Shown: positions 13,085 to 23,314 of the stretch, one piece after another
How the letters are laid out: each line of letters begins with the position of its first letter
Position numbering within the stretch: the first letter of the stretch is position 1
Source of the DNA: Mobula hypostoma
Lineage: Eukaryota
Assembly: GCF_963921235.1 (NCBI RefSeq)
Contig: NC_086097.1
Span: 125,738,001-125,802,000 of the forward strand
Direction: 5' to 3'
DNA: 64,000 bases
The notes under the pieces: generated by a model
Told to the model about the DNA's origin: nothing
What the model saw: the letters and a program-made list of their open reading frames with translations, nothing else
Databases searched by the model: none
Position numbers and translations under genes: made by a program

Positions 13085-13660
13085 CTTTCAGAATCAGAAT
13101 CAGGTTTAATACCACTGGCATATGTTGAGAAATTTGTTAACTTTGAATCTGCTGTACAATGCAATGCATGATAAATACAGAAAAATAAATAAATGAATTA
13201 CGTATAATTATGTGTGTGTGTGTGTGTGTTAAATAAATAAATTGAAATAAGTAGTGCGAAGATAGAAATAAATAAAACAAGTAGTGTGATAGTGTTTATG
13301 GCTTCAATATCCATTTAGGAATCAGATGGCAGAGGGGAAGAAGCTGTTCCTGAATCACTGAGTGTGTGCCTTCAGGCTTCTGTACCTCCTTCTTGATGGT
13401 CGGAATGAGAAGAGGGCATGTCCTGGGTGGTGGGGGTCCTTAACGATGGACACTGCCTTCTTGAGTCACCACTCCTTGAAGACCTGGATACTACGGAGGC
13501 TAGAACCCATGATGGAGCTGACTAACTTTACAACTCTCTGCAGCGTACTTCGATCCTGTGCAGTAGCCTCCCCACCCCCCATACCAAACAGTGATGTAGC
13601 AAGTCAGAATGCTCTCCACAGTACATCTGTAGAAGTTTTTGAGTGTTTTAGGTGACAAAC
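13085..13660 (-). mobile_element. Rex1/Babar 3' fragment with (TG)n
   Basis: NFYRCTVESILTCYITVWYG; (ctgatt)n tail. Confidence 0.8.
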
Positions 13661-13826
13661 CAAATGCCTGCAAGAAAATGAATTTCAGGGAAATATATGG
13701 TGACATATACATACCTTGATAATAAATTTATTTTGATTCTGACTGTTCACAATGGCCATCCCTAGCTCTTGGTTGCACGCCATTCCATTCTCCTTCCCTT
13801 TGCCACAGTGACCTGTCCTTCTAGAC

Positions 13827-13907
13827 CAGGGATTCACAACCTTTCTTCACGCCATAGACCAATTCCGTTAAACGAGGGGCCCATGAGCCCCAGGTTGGGA
13901 AGCTCTG
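13827..13907. mobile_element. 81-bp hAT-Charlie-like MITE
   Basis: TIR CAGGGATTCACAACCT / AGGTTGGGAAGCTCTG; 8-bp flanks ttctagac / ttctaagc (NTCTAGAN target). Confidence 0.65.
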
Positions 13908-14714
13908 TTCTAAGCTGATGGGGTGAGGCCCAAAGCAAACTGGAGGAACAACACCTTATACTCTGCGTGTGTAGTCTATATCCCAATAGTATGAACACTG
14001 AATTTTCAAATTTTAGATAACATACACACCTCAAGTATGTTTTCCCATCCCACACCTTCCCCTCTGTCCTTCCAATCTTCCTCCAATTCTCCCCTTTTGC
14101 CCCTTTCCACTCCAAGTCTCCTTTCACTCCCCCTCCCCTTCCTGATTCCACCCATCTACCTCCCTCACATTTCACCCACCAGCTCCTCCCTCCCCACACC
14201 CAATCCTCCACCTGGCCCAGGTACATTTTGTCACTCACTCCTTCCTTAATACTCACTTATTGGTTTCTAGCATAGATAGCCTTTGTACTCCTGCTTATCA
14301 CCCTCCTAAGTCATCCCCAACTTCACCCTCCTCTCCCTCCTACATCTGTCTGCCTCTGCCTATCATCCACCTGCCTCTGCGTTTCAACTTCACCTCTCCC
14401 TCTACCCTTCCTGTGCCCCGTCTTTCCTACCCTTCCTGCACCCCTCTTTGCTCCACCAATCACTTTGGGCTTCTGTCCCAACACCCAAACAAAAGAGATT
14501 CCGTAGATGCTGAAAATCCAGAACAACACACACAAAATGCTGGGTCAGGGAACATCTATAGAGAGGAATAAACAGTTGTGTTTCAGGCCAAGACCTTTCA
14601 TCGGAAGGAGGAAGGGGGAAGAGGCCTGAACAGGAAGGTCAGGGTAGGGAGTGCAGTACTAATTGGCAGGTGAGGGGGAAGGTGGGCTGGTGGAGGTGAG
14701 GAATTTTAGCCCAT

Positions 14715-17025
14715 AACGTGATCTGGTATTGGGAAACGAACCTGGTCAGGTGTCAGTGGGAGAGCATCTTGGAGATAGTGATCACAATTCTATCTCCTTT
14801 ACCATAGCATTGGAGAGGGATAGGAACAGACAACTTAGGGAATCGTTTAATTGGAGTAAGGGGAAGTATCAGGCAGGAACTTGGAAGCATAAATTGGAAA
14901 CAGGTGTTCTCAGGAAAACGTACAGAAGAAATGTGGCAAATGCTCAAGGGATATTTGTGTGGGGTTCTGCGTAGATACGTTCCAATGAGACAGGGAAAGG
15001 ATGGTAGGGTATAGGAACCGTGGTGTACAAAGGCTGTTGTAAATCTAGTCAAGAAAAAAAGAAGAGCTTACGAAAGGTTCAAAAAAAACTAAGTAATGAT
15101 AGAGATCTAGAAGATTATAAGGTTAGCAGGAAGGAGCTTAAGAATGAAATTAGGAGAGCCAGAAGGGGCCATGAGAAGGCCTTGGCAAGCAGGATTAAGG
15201 AAAACCCCAAGGCATTCTACAAGTATGTGAAGAGCAAGAAGATAAGATGTGAGAGAATAGGACCAATCAAGTGTGACAGTGGAAAAGTGTGTATGGAACC
15301 GGAGGAGATAGCAGAGGTACTTAATGAATACTTTGCTTCAGTATTCACTACGGAAAAGGATCTTGGCTATTGTAGGGATGACTTGCAGTGGACTGAAAAG
15401 CTTGAACATGTAGATATTAAGGAAGAGGATGTGCTGGAGCTTTTGAAAAACATCAAGTTGGATAGGTCTCCGGGACTGGACGAGATGTACCCCAGGCTAC
15501 TGTGGGAAGCGAGGGAGGAGATTGCTGAGCCTCTGGCAATGATCTTTGCATCATCAATGAGAACGGGAGAGGTTCTGGATGATTGGAGGGTTGTGGATGT
15601 TGTTCCCTTATTCAAAAAAGGGAGTAGGGATAGCCCAGGAAATTATAGACCAGTAAGTCTTAATTCAGTGGTTGGTAAGTTGATGGAGGGGATCCTGAGA
15701 GGCAGGATTTATGAACATTTGGAGGGGCATAATATGATTAGGAATAGTCAGCATGGCTTTGTCAAAGGCAGGTCATGTCTTACAAGCCAGATTGAATATT
15801 TTTGAGGATGTGACTAAACACATTGATGAAGGTAGAGCAGTAGATGTAGTGTATATGGATTTTAGCAAGGCATTTGACAAGGTACCCCATGCAAGGCTTA
15901 TTGAGAAAGTAAGGAGGCATGGGATCCAAGGGAACATTGCTTTGTGGATCCAGAACTGGCTTGCACACAGAAAGCAAAGAGTGGTTGTAGACAGGTCATA
16001 TTCTGTATGGAGGCTGGTGACCAGTGGTGTGCCTCAGGGGTCTGTTCTGGGACCCCTACTCTCTGTGATTTTTATAAATGACCTGGATGAGAAAGTGGAG
16101 GGATGGCTTAGTAAACTTGCTGATGACACAAAGATTGGGGGTGTTGTGGATAGTGTGGAGGGCCGTCAGAGGTTACAGCAGGACATTGATAGGATGCAAG
16201 ACTGGGCTGAGATGTGACAGATGGAGTTCAACCCAGATAAGTGTGAGGTGGTTCATTTTGGTAGGTCAAATATGATGGCAGAATATAGCATTAATGGTAA
16301 GATTCTTGGCAGTGTGGAGGATCAGAGGGATCTTGGGGTCTGAGTCTGTCGGACACTCAAAGCTGGTGCGCAGGGTGACTCTGTGGTTAAGAAGGCAAAT
16401 GGTGCATTGGCCTTCATCAACCGTGGGATTGAGTTTAGGAGCCGAGAGGTAATGTTGCAGCTATATGGGACCCTGGTCAGACCCCACTTGGAGTACTGTG
16501 CTCAGTTCTGGTCGCTTCACTACAGAAAGGTTGTGGAAACCATAGAAAGGGTGAAGAGGAGATTTACAAGGATGTGGCCTAGATTGGGGAGCATGCCTTA
16601 TGAGAATAGGTTGAGTGAACTTGGCCTTTTCTCCTTGAAGCAACAGAGGATGAGAAGTGACCTGATAGAGGTGTACAAGATAATGAGAGGCATTGATCGT
16701 GTGGATAATCAGAGGCTTTTTCCCAGGGCTGAAATGGCTAGCACGAGAGGACAGTTTTAAGGTGCTTGGAAGGTAGGTACAGAGGAGATGTCAGGGGCAA
16801 GTTTTTTACACAGAGAGTGGAGAGTGCGTGGAATGGGCTGCCGGCGGCGGTAGTGGAAGTGGAAACGATAGGGTCTTTTAAGAGACTCCTGGATAGGTAC
16901 ATGGAGCTTAGGAAAATAGAGGGCTATGGGTAAAGCCTAGGTAGTTCTAAGGTAAGGACATATTCAGCACAGCTTTGTGGGCTGAAGGGCCTGTATTGTG
17001 CTGTAGGTTTCCTATGTTTCTATAA
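14715..17025 (+). mobile_element. CR1 LINE, about 2.3 kb of ORF2 (RT) with frameshifts and intact 3' tail
   Basis: [59 protein letters not shown]. Confidence 0.95.
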
Positions 17026-17206
17026 CATCAAATGTTTATTCTTCTCTATAGATGCTGCCTGACCTGTGAAGTTCTGTCTCAACACCTCTCCACTCCAACT
17101 CTGAGACATGATGCTGGTTTAGTTCCTTTCTACCCACACCGATGCTGCCTGACACACTCAGTTCCTCCAGCATCTGCAGTCTATCGCTGTCTCCAGACGT
17201 TTGATA

Positions 17207-17778
17207 CTCTCAGTGGCCACTTTATTAAGTACTTCTTGTAGGTATGAAGTAGCCACTGAATGTATGTTCATGGTCGACTGCTGACAAAGCCCATGCACTT
17301 CGAGGTTTGACATGTTGTGCATTCAGAGGTGCTCTTCTGCACACCACTGTTGCAACGCAGCGTTCTTTGAGTTACTGTCGCCCTCCTGTCAGTTTGAACC
17401 AGTCTGGCCATTTTCCACTGACCTCTCGAAACAGGACGTTTTTCGCCCAAAGAACTGCCGCTCACTGGATGTATTTTTTGGGGTTGTTTTTGCACTACCC
17501 TCTGTAAACTCCAGAGACTGTTGTGTGTGAAAATTCCAGGAGACCAGCAGTTTCTGAGTTACTCAAACTACCCAATCTGGTATCAATAATCATTCCATGG
17601 TCAAATCACTTAGATCACATTTCTTCCCCATTCTGATGTTTGGTCTGAACAACAACTGAACCTCTTGACCATGTCTGCATGCTTTTATGCATTGAGCTGT
17701 TGCCACATGATTGGCTGATTAGATATTTGCATTAACAAGCAGGTGCACAGGTGTACCTAACAGAGTGGCCACTGAGTG
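17207..17778. mobile_element. Tc1/mariner-type non-autonomous element (TIR CACTCAGTGGCCACTTTATTA)
   Basis: Inverted termini, TA at left; related copies at 52383-52557 and 57216-57645. Confidence 0.8.
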
Positions 17779-17912
17779 AATATTGACATGGTGCAGATTT
17801 CAGCTGAACTTGTTCTTGGAACCGTTGAATTAATCCTACGTCAACTGGACCTGTTACACACAACTTTAAGGACTGATGTGTTTTAAACAATTAATTTCTG
17901 CATCCACCAGGT

Positions 17913-17930
17913 CTGCCCTCTGCTGGCAGT
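17913..17930 (-). promoter_or_regulatory. Candidate CTCF site
   Basis: Reverse strand ACTGCCAGCAGAGGGCAG matches the CCAGCAGAGGGCAG core. Confidence 0.5.
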
Positions 17931-17934
17931 TAGG

Positions 17935-18480
17935 TCATAAGAAATAGGAGTAGAATTAGGCAATTCGGCCATTGTATCTGCTCCACCATTCCATCGTGGC
18001 TGATTTATTATCCCTCTTAACATCATTCTCCTGCCCTCTCCCTGTCACCTTTGATGCCCCTACTAATCTAAAACCTATCAACCTCTGCTTTAAATTTACC
18101 CAATAACTCAGCCACCACAGCCATCTATGGCAATCAATTCCACAGATTTACTACCCTCTGGCAAAAGAAACTCACCCTCATCTCTGTTCTAATTCCTTGT
18201 ACTGTATTCTGAAACTGTGCCCTCTGGTCCTAGACTCCTCCACTATAGGAAACAGCCCCTCCACATCCACTCTATCTAGATCTTTCAATATTCAATAGGT
18301 TACAATGTGATCCCTCCTTTGTTCTTCTCAATTCCAGCGAGTGCATGCCCAGAACCATCAAATGTTCACATGTTAACCCTTTCATTCCCAGGATAAATTT
18401 TGTGAACCTCCTCATGACCCTTTCCAATGCTAGCTCATCCTTTCTTAGATATGGGAGCCCAAAACCACTCATAATACTTC
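17935..18480 (-). mobile_element. CR1 3' fragment
   Basis: PYLRKDELALERVMRRFTK; CR1 tail. Confidence 0.82.
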
Positions 18481-19489
18481 AAACGATGTCCCCAGGCAGT
18501 GGGACTTCTGAACACCCCGTTATCACTAAGTACACATCATTTATGCGAGCTCCAGCAGCATTATACTGTTGTGTGTTTAACTACATGTCACATATGCACT
18601 TTACGTCAACTTGTACATCGACAGGATATTTTTAATCTGTTAATATTATTGTGTCATACACACAATACTATGTTTTACACCTTGGTTCCTGAGGAATGTT
18701 CTTTCATTTGGCTGTTTACATGTTGAATGACAATTAAACTTGAATTTGAACTCAGAGAATGTGTTGTTCCTTTTTCACAGTGAAAGTGAGGAAGTTAATC
18801 CCTGTTGTGTGGACCTCTGACTAGCTTGGTATGAAAGACGTATTTCCAAATGCTACTTTATAACACATCCCTTTCCAGGGCCTTCAAGTTGTTCGTCTAT
18901 CTCTGCAGACATATACTTTACATTTATATTTCTTAAGTGTCAGATATTATCTTTATCAGTTCAAATATCAGCTTCATCTGATATTATCTTCATCATGTTC
19001 CAGTGACACTAAAGCTTCTCCTTAGTTCTGTCCAGCCACCTCCTGCATCCATGGAGAGCCTTTCTGGCCCACACCCTTCCTTAGATCCTGATGGAAGGTC
19101 TCGGCCTGAAACGTTGATTCTTCATTCTTCTCCACAGGTGCCGCCTGACTGCTGAGTTACTTCAGCATTTTGCTCTGGATTTCCAGCATCGGCAGAATCT
19201 CTTGTGTTTATAGTTATCTCCTGCATCCTCTCTCTGATCTCTCATCACAATAAATTCCCGTAGCCTTACAAACACAACACTGCATTTACAGCCACGCATA
19301 ATTTCCCCAGAATTGCCTTGTAGTGCACTAGATGGACATGCATCATCTTGGGACTCTTCACTGGAAACTTCACGCGGTCAAGAAGCTTGGTGGCCTCTCA
19401 ACTAGCAGGACCTGTGACTTATAAGTAGCGCATACCAATGTAGGATCTGGACCACTTGATACAAATAGCTGACTGTTATCCCCGATCTG

Positions 19490-20034
19490 TCAGTGAAATG
19501 GGTGAGCAGTTTCAACTTCCTGGGTGTCAACATACTGATGCAATTGCAAAGGAGGCATGACAATGGCGAAACTTCATTAGGCGTTGAGGGGATTTGGAAT
19601 ATCACCAAAGACTCTAGCAAGTTTGTACAGTTTGTGCAGAGCATTCTAATTGCATCACCATCTGGTATGGAGAGACACTGCACAGGATCAGAAAAAGCTG
19701 CAAAGGGTGGTTAACTCAGCTAGCTCCATCATGGTCATTAGCCTCCTCACCACTGACGACATCTTCCAAAGGCAATGCCTCAAAAAGGCAGCACCCATCA
19801 TTAGGGACCCCCATCACCCAGGACATGTCCTCCTCTCATTTCTACCATCAGGGAGGAAATACAGGAGCCCGAACACACACACACACACACACAAAATGCT
19901 TTAAGAACAGCTTCTTCCCCTCTGTCATCAGATTTCTGAATGGTCAATGAACCCATAAACACTGACTCACAATTTTTGCTCTTCTTTTAAACTTACTATC
20001 TATATATATATAGAGAGATATATCTATATCGATC

Positions 20035-20084
<50 letters not shown>

Positions 20085-20195
20085 GATAGATATCCTATTA
20101 TAACTTACAGTATATTTTATGTATGGCACTGTACTGCTGCTGTAAAAACCACATTTCAAAGCTTATATCAGTGAAAGCAAACCTGATTCTGACTC
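19490..20195 (+). mobile_element. Rex1/Babar 3' fragment containing (CA)n, (TA)n and (TG)n
   Basis: KKLQRVVNSA..IIRDPHHPGH..LPSGRKYRS; tail cctgattctgactct. Confidence 0.8.
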
Positions 20196-20514
20196 TGCCT
20201 GCTGAGAACAACTGAACTCTTTGGGAGCGTGCAAACACCCAGGGCTGTTTGGACAAGTACCAGTCCTATTACACACAAGTACACGTGTGCAAAACGTGTA
20301 ACTGGCCATGCTACTTTTTCTTTCTTAATTGATTTCCTGTCTTGGAACTGAGTGAAAACTTACTGAAGATACCAGAATGCCCAGTGGGTTAAGTAGCAGC
20401 TGTGGACAGGGAAACAGAATTAGGAAGGTCAGATGAAAGGTCTTCAACCTGAAATGTCAACTGTTCTTCTTTCAGCAAATGCTGTCTGAGCTGCAATTTT
20501 TGTCCTTCTCAGAA

Positions 20515-20990
20515 AGAGAATCATAGCATACTAAAGCACAGAAACAGGTCCTTTGGCCCATCTAGTCTGTGCTGAATTATTAAACTGCCTGGTCCCATCA
20601 ACCTCCATACCCCTTCCATCCATGTACTTATTCAAACCCACACCCACCACTTCCGCTGGCATCTCATTCCACACTCTCAGCACCTCCTGGGTGAAGCAAT
20701 TCCCTCTCAGGTTACAGTCATAGAGCAATAGAGCACTACAGCACAGAAACAGGCCCTTCAGCCCATTTAGTCCATGCTGAACAATTAATCTGCCTAGTCC
20801 CATTAACCTGCACCCTGACCATAGCCCTAGGTTCCTCTTAAATGTTTCACCTTTCGCCCTTAATCCATGACCTCCAGCTCTAGTCACCCATTCTTAGTGG
20901 AAAAAAGTCTGCTTGCATTTATCCTATCTCTCCCCCTATCAAATATTCCTTCATTCTCCTGCGTTCTATGGAAAATCATCTTGACCTTAA
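20515..20990 (-). mobile_element. Two nested CR1 3' ends
   Basis: Two gcacagaaacaggyccttyrgcccat tails at about 20537 and 20742. Confidence 0.7.
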
Positions 20991-21759
20991 TGCTGTTGCA
21001 CATATAGTGACAATTACAGGAAGGATGGTTGCAAAACAACAGATTTTATGATCAAGTGAAAGAGAACCTAAGCTGAAACAGCAACAGCAATGATAGACTT
21101 TCAAAACAAGCAATCTTATGAGTGAACCTTTCTACCTTCCATGTTAAGAATGAAGCTGTATTCTTCTTCGTAACTCTTTGCCCTAAGGGGTTTATAGTTA
21201 CACTCCACCACTTCATACAGTGCCATTGGCACAGGTGAAAGAAAAGCGACCCACATTCAATTCGGCCACTGTCTGTAAGGAGTTTGTACGTTCTCCCTGT
21301 ACCGTGTGGGACTGCTCTGGCTGATCCGGTCTCCTCCAACATTCCAAAGGTGCATGGTTTAGTAGGTTAAGTGTGTGCTCATGATGCACAACCCTGTCAC
21401 TCTTGCTAGAAAATCTGTGCAATATGCTGACTTTAAAAGATTGTTCAGGTGATTCCATGACATGATGGGGCAGACTAGGGAGTCCAAATATAGGTGATAC
21501 CATTTTTAGAACTGTTCAGCGTTAGCTGTAGGCAGTGTTATTTATCATAAAGGGGAATGGAAACTGCTTATTCACTCCAAAAATCTGCTTAGGCTACAAG
21601 CTGACTTTATATTATTTTCAATAGTAAATTAAGGTTTAGAGAACTAAGGCGGTTAAACTGAGTACTTACAGACCAGCTGTGATCTTAGCAAATGGCAGGA
21701 AAAGCTTGAGGCTTACTCATGCTGCAGACGTGCAGGGTACAAGTAGGAGAGCATTGTGA

Positions 21760-21960
21760 ATGGTCGTTGGTACTGTGCTTCCCGTTGCAGGGTCGCGGGT
21801 TCGATACCAACCTTGGGTGCCGTCTGTGTGGAGTTTTATGTGTTATTCCTGTCATTCTGTAGTTTCCACCAGTTACTCTGGCTCCCTCTCACTATCCCTA
21901 AGACATGGCTAATTGGTTACTGTAAATTACCTCTTAGCATAGGTAAGGGGCAAAAGAATG
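21760..21960 (+). mobile_element. tRNA-derived SINE (shark HE1-like) remnant
   Basis: B-box GGTTCGATAC followed by gtctgtgtggagttt...taattggttactgtaaatt. Confidence 0.6.
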
Positions 21961-22356
21961 CATCAGGGCTCAGGGTGGAGAGGGAAGGTAACAAGCATAA
22001 AATGAGGGGGAGTGATGAGACGTGTAGCCCACCATCCAAAAGAGGTCATACCAACCTACAAGATCCAACAGTGCACAACTGCAATCACCAACTTCAAATA
22101 CCCGTGCAGGTAAATTGTGCTTCACGGGGTAGCCTGGCTCTTTGAAGTAACAGTGAAAGTATTAAGAAAGTTATCACTGTGAGTACTTGCATTTCCTCTA
22201 GTTTCCTCCTCCATTCCAGTATGTACAGGTTAATTGGCCACTTGACATCCCCTCCTACAGTAACAGAACCTTGGATAGGAGACTTCATGAGAATGTGGCG
22301 GGTATTAAAAAAGGATTCATGTGAGGTTAGTGTGAAAGGGTGGTGGATGCTGGTGC

Positions 22357-23102
22357 ATCCGACCGGAGGGATTTTCGATCCATCGGATGGACCGCACGGC
22401 GTCTTCGGGCAAGACGAGCGGAGGTGGTGTCTCACTTCCGGCAGCTGTGGATGTCCACCAACGGGGCTTTACGGTGGTCGCTCTGGGGAAGCGTCTGGGG
22501 CGCCTTGAGGTCTCCGCCGTCACTTCAGTGTGGTTGTCCGCTCCGGAGAGGTGCTGGTGTTCTTCTAGGGTGCATCACAACCTGGTATGGAAGTTGTCCT
22601 GTCCAAGACCGGAAGAAGCTGTAGAAGATCGTGAACACGGCCCAGCACATCACACAAACCAATCTTCCGTCCGTGGACTCACTTTACACCGCACGCTATC
22701 GGACCAGTGCTGCCAGGATAATCAACGACAAGACACACCCAGCCAACACACTTTTCGTCCCTCTTCCCTCCGGGAGAAGGCTCAGGAGCTTGAAGACTCG
22801 TACAGCCAGATTTGGGAACAGCTTCTTTCCAACTGTGATAAGACTGCTGAATGGATTTTGACCTGGATCTGGACCGTACCCTCCAAATATCCAGACCTGC
22901 CTCTTGGTTTTTTTTGCACTACCTTACTTTCCATTTTCTATTTTGTATTTATAATTTAAATTTTTAATATTTACTAATTTTTACTATTTTTAATATTTTA
23001 AATATTTAATATTTGTAATCCAGGGAGCGGGAAGCGCAGAATCAAATATCGTTGTGATGACCGTACGTTCTAGTATCAATTGTTTGACGACAATAAAGTA
23101 AA
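22357..23102 (+). mobile_element. Young rearranged Rex1/Babar insertion inside a SINE
   Basis: APE peptide IRPEGFSIHRMDRTASSGKTSGGGV, then unrelated 135 bp, then LGCITTWYG...LPSGRRLRS and tail aataaagtaaagt; gtgca on both sides. Confidence 0.8.
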
Positions 23103-23314
23103 GTGCACACTCAAACCTGGCCCTGTGCTGTATGTGGATAATCCATTTCCACCCCCTGTAGCTCATTCAAATGGAACTGTACTTCTCTAGTCCTCATGCT
23201 CCTCATGGTCGCAGCTTCCACGTTCTCACGATTCTTTGGATGAAATAATTTCTTCTGAGTTTCTCAATGATTTCTCTTTCATTAGTGGCCTTTGCATATT
23301 TATTTACATTATAT

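Noticed and set aside
13915..14470. Proline/serine-rich ORFs in the polypyrimidine tract
   Set aside because: Low-complexity expansion of a Penelope-like 3' tail.
18930..18995. Resemblance to U2 snRNA (aagtgt..ttatcagtt..aatatc..tgata)
   Set aside because: Short, gapped, AT-rich match lacking the U2 5' end and Sm site; likely chance.
22387..22959. 190-aa ORF as a novel gene
   Set aside because: It runs across junctions of a rearranged Rex insertion and is largely off-frame TE sequence.
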